DNA of 64,000 bases from Mantamonas sphyraenae STR306. Lineage: Eukaryota; Protista; CRuMs. The translations under genes and the position numbers were made by a program. Under the pieces are notes generated by a model. It was not told the origin of the DNA. It made no database searches and saw only the letters and a list, made by a program, of their open reading frames with translations. Numbering within the stretch: the first letter of the stretch is position 1; each line of letters begins with the position of its first letter. This document shows, piece after piece, positions 36,536 through 48,796 of this stretch. Where the stretch lies: contig JAPMXV010000023.1 in NCBI GenBank assembly GCA_026936335.1, positions 1 to 64,000 on the forward strand. The letters run 5' to 3'.

Positions 36536-37145
36536 AATCGCTTGGGTACCGCTCACTCGCCGCTGCTGCCGCGTGTGCGTTGCGAGGGCGTTTTTCCACC
36601 GTCCCACATTTGCCGCAGTCACGTGCGCAGCCATGCAGGCCAGCCACAGCAACGTGCAACGTGCCATTGTGCCACAGCCTGTGTGTGGGGCAACCCCGTG
36701 TGTCGAAAACGACACCAGCGTTGGGCAAACGTACGTAATTGAGGGGCGGATCCAGGTCGCACAGGAGGGAAATGGAGGCGTTGCTAATCTTGTAGCAGCC
36801 GTTGAGGTTGAGGGAAGTAAGCACAAAGGGACCCTTTTCGGCCTGCTCCTGCTCCGACGACTGATCACCCTCGGCCTCCGTCTCTGCCTCCTCGCTCATG
36901 GCCAGGAACTGCAGCAGGGCTTCGAGGAAGCCGTCTGTGGCCAGCTTTGCCACGTGTGTCAAGTCGACCGTCACTGCGTATCCGCCGAGTTCCTTGTCTT
37001 GCTCGTCGGCCACGTGGACCACATTGTGTGCAGGGTGCTCCGAGTTATCCTCCACCTGCTGCCCAATGTACGGAAACTCCGTCTTGACGCACTGCAAGCA
37101 CAGCTCGGGCAACATGGGCGGCTCCTGCGCCACGCACAAGGACAT
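35716..37145 (-). CDS. FBXL/AMN1-type (cysteine-containing) LRR protein, multi-exon; exon structure uncertain
   Basis: LTSLNLNGCYKISNASI, LNLSHCAKLT, LEHLSVRNC, LESLVLFSCSEL motifs spread over two ORFs separated by intron-like CA-repeat sequence. Confidence 0.6.
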
Positions 37146-37724
37146 ACCAAGCACATGAGGGTACGCAAGTGGGGTGCACACACGTGTACGGCAGTATGCA
37201 ATGCGTGTCAGTCGAGTGTGGGACGAGGGCACTTCCACAGGGGCGTCCTTTACGCGAAGGACACTCGCCGATGCACACTCCTCACGCGCCCTTTTTGTCT
37301 GCCGCCCCACGCCACAGTCGCACACGCGGCGGACCAGGCGCAGTGGAAGCTGGGGACGGGAGATCGAAAGCAAATGCGCACGGGGATGGGTATGCATTGC
37401 GTGCAGCAGGCAAGGGGAACGCACCAGGGGGGGCTGTGTGGGGTTTTTGGGTGCTGGGAGCGGCGCCGGCAGACGCAGCAGAATACCAAAAGGTAGGCAG
37501 ACGTGAGGGAGGGCGCTTGTGGCGAGTGGGCAGGGACGTCATGAGAGAAGGTGGCCACGAGACACAGAGTGCATGTGGAGAAGAGGGTCAGGGCATGTGC
37601 GATGGCGTGTGAAGAAGGGGCGCAAAAGGCAGAGACGGGTAGGGAGGGCTCGGCCGAGTCGGGGATTTCCAAGCTGACGCGGCTGGTTGGCACGCGCCGC
37701 ACGGGAGCAGGGGACACACAGAGC

Positions 37725-38186
37725 ATGAGCGCGGAGGAGTATCTGCAACAAGCAACGGAAACGCAGCTGCAGGAGTACAAGCTGGCGTTTGACCAGTTCG
37801 ACACAGACGGCAGTGGAGCGATTTCTGCGGACGAAATCACACAGTTGCTGCGCTCGCTGGGTCTGCGAGTGCTCCCGCAGGACGTCAAGAAGTTTATGGA
37901 CGAGGTGGACGAGGACAAGAGTGGCGAAATCGAGTTTCCCGAGTTTGTCAAGATGATGGTCACCAAGATCAACGATGCGCCGCCCGAACAAAAGGTCGAC
38001 GAAGCCTGGGCTGTCCTCGACGCCGACGGCAGCGGATTCATCTCCACGTCCGAACTGCGTGGCGTCATCGAATCCCTGGGCGAGAGCATCACTCAAGAGG
38101 AGGTGGATCTGCTCATGGCCCAGGCCGATCGCGACGGAGACGGCCAGATGGACAAGGAGGAGTTTGCCAAGTTTGTCCTCTCGTGA
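37725..38186 (+). CDS. Calmodulin-like 4-EF-hand protein
   Basis: Four canonical EF loops: DTDGSGAISADE, DEDKSGEIEFPE, DADGSGFISTSE, DRDGDGQMDKEE. Confidence 0.92.
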   Translation: MSAEEYLQQATETQLQEYKLAFDQFDTDGSGAISADEITQLLRSLGLRVLPQDVKKFMDEVDEDKSGEIEFPEFVKMMVTKINDAPPEQKVDEAWAVLDADGSGFISTSELRGVIESLGESITQEEVDLLMAQADRDGDGQMDKEEFAKFVLS

Positions 38187-38323
38187 TGGTCCCTCCTGTC
38201 CAAACAGCCTCAAACATCCAACCATACCATACCATCACCCACACCCGCCCGCATTCCATTGCATCATTTGCACCACCTTTTCATGAACAAACCGGGATTG
38301 TCGTTTTCATTGGAATTTGCAGC

Positions 38324-39409
38324 TCAGTGTTGCACCACAAACAGGATGTTGCCACCCGTGCTGATCTGCTTGATGCGGTTCAGATGACGCAACACCTGCA
38401 GACAGTAACGGCCGGTGGAGTCCATCTTCATGTGGCTGCACTTGTTCTTCTTAAAGTCGTCCTGGGCGAAAAAGTGGGTGCCCTCAACCTCGGACGTCTC
38501 TTGCTCGTGGTACTCCTTGTACCTGCGCAGCTGGTCGTTGGTGAGCCGGTTGAAATGCGTCGTCATCACCGAGTAGCGTGCCTTGATGATGCTGTTCAGA
38601 TCCTCCACGGCGTTGTTCAGCTTCTGCAAGTTCAGGCGTCCACGCATGTGCGAAGGCACACTTTCCAGCTCCTTTTTGGTGACCTTGCGGATGGATGCCA
38701 GTCCATCCTCCACCAGCCACGGCTGCGGTGCCATGTCTTCGCTGTCGTTGCCTGCATAGGCCCCCGAGCTGCCGCTGCCGCCGCTGTTCTCGGTCGTCTC
38801 TTCGTACTGCGCCTCTTCGGCCGACATGGACGAGGCATACGAGGAGGAAGAGGCACTGCGTTTGTGCTTGCGCTGCTGCTTGCCGCTCTTCTTCTTCTTG
38901 CTCTTGCCCTTCTTCTTGGCGCCGTCCTCCTCGGCTTGGGACTGCTCCTGCTCCTGCTCGGTCATCTGGATAAACTCGGCAGGGAGCTGGCTGTGCACCA
39001 TTTGAATGTACTCGTGCTGCTGCTCCATGATGCCACCCAGCTCGTTGGCTGCGTGCACACAGGCCAGCTCCGAGTCAAGGTGTGCGTTGATTGTGCTCAG
39101 CATCGACTCGATGTCTGTCAGCTGGCCATTCATCTGGGCCAGCACCTGTTCCCATGTGTCGCGGTCCATGCTCGCTGTGTGTTTCGTGTGCGTGTGAGTG
39201 TTGGACAGGAAGGGGAAGCGCAGGTGTCAATGTCCGCGAGTTTGAACAAGAGCCGTTGCGGATTTGCTCCAACTTTTGCGCGCGCTCCACACTCTCGGCC
39301 ACCTACAGGCATCGCGAAGAGGAACCAGGGCTTGCAGAGTGGATGTCTGCGTAGAAAAGCCACTCATCATGCCGCGGTAGGCGGTATCGAGGGCAATGGA
39401 AGTGTCCAT
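38324..39409 (-). CDS. SKA1: Spindle and kinetochore-associated protein 1 (2 exons)
   Basis: C-terminal microtubule-binding domain VPSHMRGRL...ETSEVEGTHFF...LQVLRHLNRIKQISTGG matches the SKA1 pattern. Upstream exon MDTSIALD...PLRDA joins in frame through GTAGGT...CACAG. Confidence 0.85.
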
Positions 39410-39784
39410 GGGTGTGTGTGGTTGGTGTTTGTTGGGCGGGGGTGTGTGGTGTTGTCGGGCAGGCGTCAGACCTGGATGAACACGGGATACACTACGTAGT
39501 TGTAGAGAAAGCGTAGAATGCGTGCAAAGAGGCACACAGTAGAGGCGGTGAGACAAAGGTAGTCGCGCAGACGAAGTAGAAGTGCGACGAGGGAAAAGAG
39601 ACGAAAGGCAAGGGAAACGGTGGAAGTGCTGCTGCTGATGAGGCTCAATTGCATGCAAAGGTCTCTTCTGGGAATGGTGTGCGTATGCCGGTCGGGTGGT
39701 TGGAACTGAACAACGGCAGGACCTGGGATGCACTCTTGGCCACCCCGGCGCAGGTTCCGCCAACAACACCCACTTCGGCCTCCC

Positions 39785-39918
39785 ATGTCGCACGCAGCGG
39801 TAGACGAGGCCGAAGAGGCGCTGGACACCCTGCGCATGGCCATGCGAATGGCCATGGAGCTGGTGGAGGAGGACAGCAGAGCCCGGCGGTACGAGGAGGA
39901 CGAAGGAAGGGGCTCCTA

Positions 39919-39949
<31 letters not shown>

Positions 39950-42900
39950 TACTATGAGTATGAGGACGACGAGGAAGAAGACGACGACGAGGAAGATGAC
40001 CACGGCCACGAGAGTGACAGCAGCTCGGGTGAGGAGGCAGACACGTACAGCCTGGATCCGTTGAGCAACGCCGCATTGGGCAATCTGCTGCTGATGAACG
40101 CAAAGGTGCTGCGGCAGACTGGCGAATACTTCCAAGTCAACAGCGACGGGTTTGGCAGCGGCGTACGATCCGCTAGCAGTGGGGGGCGTGTACAGAGTGG
40201 CCAGAGCAGCTCGGCGGCAGTGATGGCCCAAGCCAGGAATCTGCTGCCGCCGCCATCGCCAGCCAGCAGCAGCAACACGGCAACAACCGGCGGTTCCACG
40301 AGCCGCAAGGCTGCAAAGAAGAAGAAACGCACCACGGGAGTCAAGAGCCGAAGCAAAAAGACTTCTGCAAGCATCAAGGTCAATCTGACGTACTGCAAGT
40401 ACCCGCTGTGTGAGTTTTTGGGGGGCGAACGCGGGAGCCGTTTTTGGGAGATGGCGCGACGGAGAAAGACGGGCTGCAGGCGTGCGAGGGGAGACTGACA
40501 CGGCACAACCACACTGCGTACCGCCGCGTACATACGCACATGTACAGTGCGGCAATGTTTGCAGGACATGGGATGGGAGGAATGGAACGAAAACGAGGAC
40601 GACAGCGAATGGAACTTGCTGTGGACGGACACCAGCGTTGCAGCTGAACGGCTGATGGATCTGCTGCCCTACCAAAAGATCAACCACTTCCCAGGCATGA
40701 TCCAGATCTGTCGCAAGGCCAAGCTTGCACGCAACCTGCGGCGCATCGCAGCGCGGAATCCGCAGGAGTTCCGCTTTTTCCCCAAAACGTGGATCCTGCC
40801 CGAGGAGGAGGCGGCGTTCCGTGCGGTGCTGCGCAAACGCAAAAAGCGCACGTTCATTATGAAGCCCAACAGCGGCTGCCAGGGCAAGGGTATCTATCTG
40901 GTGCAGGAGGCTGGCGACCTGGGGGTCATTGAGGACGGGGACGTGTGGGTGGCCCAGCAGTACCTGAGCAAACCCTTCCTGATTGACGGCCTCAAGTTTG
41001 ACCTGCGTTTGTATGTGCTTGTGGTGTCGTGTGACCCCATGCGCATGTATATGTTCCGGGACGGATTGGCACGGTTTGCCACGGAGGAGTACGTGGCGCC
41101 GAGCTCGTCCAATCTGGATGAGGCGTGCATGCATCTGACCAATTATGCCATCAACAAACACAACGCCAACTACGAGTACAACCAGGACTCGCGCAAGACG
41201 GACCGCGGCTCGAAGCGGTCGGTGACGTGGATTACGCAGTGGTGGCACGAGCACGGCTACGATGTGAACAAGATCTGGAAGGACATTGCAGAAATGATGG
41301 TCAAGACGGTGCTGAGCATCCAACCGCAACTGAGCCACTTGTACGGCACCACCCTACCCAAGACGCACGACGAACACAGCTGCTTTGAAATCCTGGGCTT
41401 CGACGTGATGCTGGATCACAAGCTGCAGCCGTGGCTGCTGGAGGTGAACCACTCGCCGTCGTTTGGCACAGACACACCGATGGACGAGATGATCAAACGC
41501 ACGCTGGTGCGTCAGACGATGAAGCTGGTGCACCTGAGCAAGTACGATCGGCGACGGTACCGCAAGGCGGAACGGGCCCGCTTTGCGGCACGCAATCTCA
41601 ACGGAGGATCGCAAAGCATTGTGATGGCACGTGCGGCTGCGGAAGAGAACGAAAGCAAAGCAGAGGAGGAGCGTAGCAAGCGGATTGAGGCGCAGATGGA
41701 GTGGGAGGAGAAGCATCTGGGCAATTTCTCGCGGATCTACCCGTGTCGGGAAGAGGACGGGGGCGAAGTGTTTGCTGGTCTGTTGCAAGGCACGGAATCG
41801 GCACGGTTTGCACCCTCACACACGACGGCGTCGCAAGCGAGGAGAATGCACACGGCGGCGCGGTTGCAGGAGAAACAGAAGGAGCAGAAGGAGAGGCGAG
41901 CACGCATGCGCAGTGAAGTGGAGGCGAATGACAAGAAACACGCAGTCGGGGCAGGAAATGGGGGCACGGGGGCGATGTACGGGGGAAGTGTTGTGATGGA
42001 TGCCGAGACACGGCTGGCGCGATTCAAGCAGCGTGTGCAGCGTCAAAAGAGCGGAGACACGGCACGGAGCAGTAGCCATGGACAAGGACACAGAGGGAGC
42101 TATCGTTCACGTCGAGGAGGATTCCTGGGAACACGGGGAACGGAGGATGAGGAGGAAGACGAGGACGAGGACGAGGCGGAAGCAAGGAGAGAGAAGGTGC
42201 TGGCAGAGATGGATCGACTGCCGCCTGTGGATAGTTATGACGAAGACGATGACGAGGAAGAGGTGGAAGAGGTGGAGGAGAGCCGTATGATTCGTGGTGG
42301 GCGGAACGGCAAGTCGCGGGTTAGGGTGGTTGAGGGAGGGGCAGGACAGAGGGAGGAACAGGAACGATGGAGTCAGCCTACGCCTATGCAACGGGCAGGC
42401 AGCTCTGCACGATTGGTGCCTTTGCGACGAGTCAATTCGTCGTACACAGCCCCAGTGAAGGAGTACAGCTTTGCGATGCCTGCAGGCCCAAGTGCAGAGC
42501 GACGACGCAGCAGTGCTGCGAGTGCACGGCCGCGAACGATGGAAGAGAAGCAGCGTGAAAGGATGCTGCAAGCGAGGAACAGCAGCAACGGGAGCGGGAA
42601 TGGGAATGGGACCCCGCAGCTCGTGTCAAGCAGCAGATACAGACGGGAGACACTTGAGGAGGAAGGTACGGAAGTGCAGCAGGAGCTGGACGAGATGCAA
42701 CGGTCAATTGAGGACCTGTATGCTCGTGCAGAGGAGCTGCAGCGGAAGATGCACACGCAGCAACGGCGAACACGCAACAGCAGAGAGCTGCTGGGGATGA
42801 AGGAGCCTCCAAAGGCGTCCAATTCGAACAGTGGCGGCGTTGGCGGTGGTGGTGGGAGCAGTGGGAGAGTGGTGCAGGGACGAAGGACATCGACGAGCAC

Positions 42901-42973
42901 CAGCAGCAGCAGTCAGGTGCAACAGCAGAACCCGCTTGGATTTGCATTGCATATCCGCAGCTTGGGTGTGTGA
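39785..42973 (+). CDS. TTLL6: Tubulin polyglutamylase, TTLL6/13 group (one intron)
   Basis: QKINHFPGM, IMKPNSGCQGKGI, KFDLRLYVLV, GLARFAT, MHLTNYAINK, FEILGFDVMLD, LLEVNHSPSF. Confidence 0.9.
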
Positions 42974-43042
42974 TTGGGGAATGGGCAATGAAGTGTGGCA
43001 TCCACTGTTTATGGTTGATTATGGCTGTGTCTGGGGTGGCAC

Positions 43043-43733
43043 TTAGACGTTGCCCATGGCCTTGAGGGAGGCAATGACCGGGATGGCTGTGCCGAGGCCG
43101 ACCAGAGTCACCACACCAAAGGCCACAGAGCCCTTGGCCTTGGGACCGCTGGCAAAGGGCAGCGACTGTTACGCAGGAAGGAGTGTCCGTGGATGGGTGG
43201 GTGACAGGGATGGATGTCAGAAGAGAGAGGGAAAGAGAGAGAGAGAGAGCGCAAGGGGTGAAGGAAGCACAGACGCGCCACAGAGCGGGAGGGGAGCCGT
43301 TGGAGGAAACCGGCCTGGTGTGGACATGAGATGTGGACGGGGTATGGCATGCGCATGGGGAGTGTGGCAGACATGTGTGCTGTGTGGGTGGATGGTGGAT
43401 GAATGTGGGAAGGGTCTGTGTGCGTGTGTAGGGCCAGGGAGGCGGCGCATTCGCGGAAGGTTCTCGGGCGGGCGGGTGCGAGGCAGAGACACAGAGACGA
43501 GGGCATGGATGAAGCGAGGCGGAGGATGGTGGAGGGGATGGAAAGTGGGACGATGACAGGTGGAGGGAGGGAGGATGGGGGGAGAACGATGGTGTGGGGT
43601 GGGATTGAAGGACAGGAGGCGGAAAGCAACTCACGTCACCGGGCTGGGCGGGACCATGGGCCATGGAGCGGCGCAGGGTGCGGGAGTTGGCGGACAGAGT
43701 GTTCTTGGCCACAGCGAATGTACGAGAGCTCAT
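43043..43733 (-). CDS. Cytochrome c oxidase subunit VIIc-like small mitochondrial protein, copy A; join complement(43635..43733,43043..43165)
   Basis: 73 aa: presequence-like MSSRTFAVAK...RRSM, then HGPAQPGD|SLPF and one TM with GLGTAIP. Resembles the COX7c H..GPG..LPF...G.G.A.P pattern. Confidence 0.65.
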
Positions 43734-43915
43734 GTTGGAAGAGTGGGTGTTGTTGCTTTTGGGGTGGGTGGAGAAGAGGGGATGGGTGAGGGGGCATTCA
43801 TGAGCAGGAACTGACCCAACCAAACCATGTGGGATTGCACTTTGAAAGCAGCATAGGGTGAAGAGGGACGGAAGGCTGACGGATGAGTCTGGTGGCCAAA
43901 AAGAAAGAATTCTAC

Positions 43916-44004
43916 CGCCAAGAAGGAGGTGTCGAACCCCTGCGTGCATCACACGCCCAGTGGGTCTGAAGCCCATGCCCAGGACCGCCTGAGATCATCT
44001 TGGC
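43916..44004 (-). tRNA. Selenocysteine tRNA (anticodon UCA)
   Basis: GCCAAGATGATCTCAGGCGGTCCTGGGCATGGGCTTCAGACCCACTGGGCGTGTGATGCACGCAGGGGTTCGACACCTCCTTCTTGGCG folds into the eukaryotic 9/4 form: 9-bp acceptor with U-U, 6-bp D stem with 4-nt loop, long variable arm, 4-bp T stem, G discriminator. An oligo-T follows downstream. Confidence 0.92.
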
Positions 44005-44269
44005 ATCAATACGAGGTTGCATCAAACGGTCTCAAGGAACGGCGGCGAGTTTGCAACCGACCACTTGCGACCAAGCGTTTCACCGCCCTCCGAAATGATC
44101 CGAGGGGAGTGCTCGACACCCTCCGTGGCGAATGCACACTCAGCCTGAGTGACCAATTGGGGTCATGGGACTCTTTTCGATGGTTGGGTCCATTCCTGCT
44201 CATGAATGCCCCCTTCCCCGTCCCCTCTTCTCCACCCACCCCAAAAGCAACAACACCCACTCTTCCAAC

Positions 44270-44960
44270 ATGAGCTCTCGTACATTCGCTGTGGCCAAGA
44301 ACACTCTGTCCGCCAACTCCCGCACCCTGCGCCGCTCCATGGCCCATGGTCCCGCCCAGCCCGGTGACGTGAGTTGCTTTCCGCCTCCTGTCCTTCAATC
44401 CCACCCCACACCATCGTTCTCCCCCATCCTCCCTCCCTCCACCTGTCATTGTCCCACTTTCCATCCCCTCCACCATCCTCCGCCTCGCTTCATCCATCAC
44501 CTCGTCTCTGTGTCTCTGCCTCGCACCCGCCCGCCCGAGAACCTTCCGCGAATGCGCCGCCTCCCTGGCCCTACACACGCATGCAGACCCTTCCCACATT
44601 CATCCACCATCCACCCACACAGCACACATGTCTGCTACACTCCCCATGTGCATGCCATACCCCGTCCACATCTCATGTCCACACCAGGCCCGGTTTCCTC
44701 CAACGGCTCCCCTCCCGCTCTGTGGCGCGTCTGTGCTTCCTTCACCCTTGCGCTCTCTCTCTCTCTCTTTCCCTCTCTCTTCTGACATCCATTCCCTGCC
44801 ACCCACCCATCCACGGACACTCCTTCCTGCGTAACAGTCGCTGCCCTTTGCCAGCGGTCCCAAGGCCAAGGGCTCTGTGGCCTTTGGTGTGGTGACTCTG
44901 GTCGGCCTCGGCACAGCCATCCCGGTCATTGCCTCCCTCAAGGCCATGGGCAACGTCTAA
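44270..44960 (+). CDS. Cytochrome c oxidase subunit VIIc-like protein, copy B; join(44270..44368,44838..44960)
   Basis: Coding exons appear identical to copy A. GTGAGT donor and AACAG acceptor. Confidence 0.65.
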
Positions 44961-45044
44961 GTGCCACCCCAGACACAGCCATAACAAACCATAAAACAGT
45001 GGATGCCATACTTCATTGCCCAACTTCCAAATGAGCCTCTCACT

Positions 45045-48000
45045 TCACTTCTTCCTGGCGCGTGTGCGCTGCTTCTCGGCGTGCTCCACCACCTTCTCGT
45101 CTGTCTTCAAGCCCTTGCGTTTGCGCAGTTCAATCATGTACTTGCGTGCAATGTTGGGTGCAATGTCCTCGTCGTCTGTCTCGGCCACATAGTGTGGGTC
45201 CTGGTACATCGTCTCCCAGCGGTCAAACAGCAACTGTGCACTTGCCGCCCCGCTCGACTTGATGCGCAGATCCTCGGCAAACCCAAAGCTCTCCACCACC
45301 GGAAGCAACGCTTCGATCAGAAACACATCCGTGCCCTCTCGCATGGTCTCATTTGTAATGCGACCTCGTCGCTTGCTGCACACCGCGTACACCTTGCCCA
45401 ACGAGTCTCCGCGTGCCTGGATGAAACACTTGAACATGGCCTCACGCAATCGCTGCCATCTCTCCTCAAACGCACTCCTGCACGCCTCCTTGCTGGCACT
45501 GATCAGCTGGCCCGACAGCGGGCCGTGAGCTCCACCGGACTGCTTCTTCGGATCCGCCACAATGTCCACCTGCTCCACCACAAATGCCACTCCCATCATG
45601 GGCTCCTTGCAAATCGGTCCCGACGTCGCGGCAATCTGGAATCCGCTCACCAGGTTTGTTTCCAGCTCCCGCAGACGATCTGCCAGCTCCGCACCGCTCA
45701 GCAACGTCTCACCCTCACTCACCACCGTTGCCTCTGCCTCTGCCTCTGTCTCCACCTCCACCACAGTCTCGCCTTCCATCTCTCTCTCGCCCTCCTCCTC
45801 CTTCTCCTCCTTCTCTTCCTCACCCTCCTCCACCACACTCTCACCCTCCTCCTTCTCCACCACCTCATCCTCCTCCTCCTCCTGCTTCTCCTGCTGCTGC
45901 TCCTCCTCCTCCTCAACAAGCACAGGCTGACGTCGTCCCTCCCAAAACGTGCTAAACTTCTCCGACGTCGCGTACACGTCAATTCCGTTCAACAACAAGT
46001 TTGTGGGCGACAGCTGTGAGCCCACACTCCACACTCGTTCCAGTTGCTCAGTCCATACCAACTCCGGTTCGTCTTCCCTGGCCTGCTCGTCTGCCGCTGC
46101 CAATTCCACCGCAAACGCTTCCTTCAGCTTCTCCAACGCCTCCACCACATCCTCCTGGTCCTTGCGCTTGTGCCTGCGCTGCGCAAGCTGCATCATATGC
46201 CCGCCATGCTTCTCCAGAAACTGCACAATGTTGCTGGGGATCGGCACAGCTCGGATTTGCACTGCACATGCGTGATTGGCGGTCAGACGCCGCGCAGACT
46301 TTGGCGGCTCCAGCTTCTTGTGCTCCTCAATCTCCTCCTCCGTCAGCTTGGCTGCCACAACCGTCTCACGGAACGAGATGATGGGTTTCGACACCACGAG
46401 GCGCACCTTGGCAAAGCGTTCCTTCAGATCCTGCAGGCAGCGCTCCAGATGCAGCTCACCCGCACACGCAATGATGTGCTGGCCCGTCTTGCTCAGGATC
46501 ACCTGCACACACGGGTCGCTTTGGTTCAGCAGGCGCAGTCCAGCTCCAGCTGCGGCATCTTGCGCGGATTGCGCGGTTCAAGCGCAACACGCACAATCGG
46601 ATCGCCACCAAAGTGCATTACGGGGAACACGGGACACGTGGGCTCGCTGCACAGCGTGGCTGTCTTGAGCACCAAGTCGTCGAGACCCCCAATGCCAAAC
46701 ACATTGCCTGCGGGCACACTCTCAATCGCCTCCAGCGACCTGCCCATCAGCAGGTACAACCGATCCACTGTCGTCACGGTGCGGTACTTGTCCGGCACAC
46801 GCGGATCATACCGTGGGCCCAACACATGCACCGTGTCTCCCCGTCGCAACGTGCCCGAAAAGATGCGTGCAAACGCCACAAACTCCTCCTCGTCCTTCTT
46901 GTCCTCGTTCCCCTCTGCACGCTCCTGCTCCGCAAGCATGCGCTGCTCATCCATCGGCAAGCAGTCTCGCGTGATGGCAAACATCTTTGCAATAAACACC
47001 ACCGTCGGTGCCTCGTCGCTCTGATCACACGCCAGCACAGCCTCGCGAAGCGCAGCCGGCACCTCAAACGGCTCCTCCAGCGCGTCTGTGAACCCACTGC
47101 CTCCACCTGCACTTGGCACCACAGAAGAAGAAGAAGAAGAAGAAGAAGAAGAAGAAGACGATGCGCCAGCTCCGCTCTCAGCTTGCACCACACGTCCCGC
47201 CCCAGACGACGACGACGAGGAGGAGGAGGCGAGAAACGTGCGTGCGTGCAGACGGGCATACGACGGATCCAGAGCATACCAAAACAGGGGCAGGCGTTGC
47301 CGTTGCGATACCAAAGGCGACGTCATACGCTCGCACACCATCTCCAGCGCCGCCTTGCCCAGCGGCAGCCATTTGGACATGATGGCCTGTGTCGCCACAT
47401 CCGCCTCCTTCGATTTCAGCTCCCGCTGCTGCACTTTGATGTCCATGCTCTTGCAGATCTTCTCCAACATGTCCACGTCGCGGTCTCGTGCCGCCGTGTA
47501 CACCCTCCAAATGTTCTCCAGGACAAACTGCACAAACATGGGCTTGCTCTTGCTGCGCGCCTTGCTCTTGGGCACAATCCGCTTCTCCTTGTGGTCAAAG
47601 TAGTACTCGCCCCACAGCGTACGACGCAGCACGTCTCCACGCACACCCATCTTGCTGGCGTACATCTCTGCAAAGTGTTCGATGCGGAAGCCCCAGCCAA
47701 AGTATGCCGACGAGAACAACACATTGCCACGGCTTGGCGAAAAGAACGCCTCGTCGTCATCGTCGTCTGCAAACAAGTCATCATCCACATTGTCGCCTGA
47801 GCTGCTGCTGCTACTGCCGCTACCTCCCTCACCGTCCCCTCCACTGCTGCCACTGCTGCCACTGTTGCTGCTGCTGCTGCTGCTTCCGCCATCGCCTCCA
47901 CTGCGCTCTGCACGCTCGTCCTGTGCACGCAGCTTCTGCACACTGATCAACGCTTCCATAAAGTTGTTTGCATCCTCAATCACTTGCTGGATGTGGTTGT

Positions 48001-48642
48001 ACGCCGCGCTGGGTTCCATCTCCAGCTCGGTGATCAACTTGTCCATCTTGTTGATTACCAAGAAGGGGTGCAGTCCTTCCTCGTGTGCTGCGCGCAGCAC
48101 AGCCTGTGTTTGCACACACACACCCTCCACAATGTCCACCAGCACCAGTGCTCCGTCGCTCACGCGCACAGCGGACGACACCTCCGACGCAAAATCAACG
48201 TGGCCCGGAGAGTCGATCACATTCACAAGATACGCTGCATGCCCAACACAGCGCCCCCATTCTTTGTTAGCACCAGTGTCTTCCATGCCTCCCTGAATCA
48301 CTTCTGTGCAGCCTGCGCGGCCGACAACGTCTGCGGGACATTCCGCCGCCTTCCCAGAAATCGCAATCACCTACGTTCCATTTTGCCCGTCTCTGCGTCC
48401 TCCTGTGCATACACCAGCGTGATAGACGACGACTTCATCGTGATCAACCGCTGTTGCTCGGCCTTGAGGTTGTCCATGAAGCGTACCTTGCCCGCAAGCT
48501 TGGCGGAAATGATCCCGTTTGCAGAGAGCAGCACGTCTGTAAACGTAGTCTTGCCGTGGTCCACGTGTGCCAGAATACACACATTCCGCAGGCCCTTTGT
48601 ACGCTGATGCAACTGTGCCAATTCCTCAGGCGTCACAATCAT
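45045..48642 (-). CDS. EFL1: Elongation factor-like GTPase 1 (EFL1/Ria1); one intron; frame break at ~46544
   Basis: RNVCILAHVDHGKTT, VNVIDSPGHVDF, INKMDKL, GELHLERCLQDL, PVVESFGF, ARKYM..LRKRKGL...HAEKQRT C-terminus. Confidence 0.95.
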
Positions 48643-48796
48643 GTCGACCTGTGGTTTTTCTCGTTTGGATGCTCCCCTGCCCCGCAGGAAGCACAATGCA
48701 TTGAATGTGTCTCCCCACTCCCACCACACACATATGTAACAAAACACCCACTTTTCCACCACCACCCCAACTCCATTCCTCCCCTGAATCCTTCCG

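Larger units (their letters stand above)
42982..45022. repeat. Inverted repeat: arms 42982-43822 and 44181-45022, spacer 43823-44180
   Basis: The arms are reverse complements over ~840 nt, with scattered substitutions and small indels in non-coding parts. Confidence 0.95.

Noticed and set aside
46526-46528. TGA ending the upstream EFL1 ORF as a possible selenocysteine or readthrough codon
   Set aside because: It lies after the frame break. The conserved sequence (GLRLLNQSDP) continues in another frame. No in-frame Sec codon was identified in any gene here.
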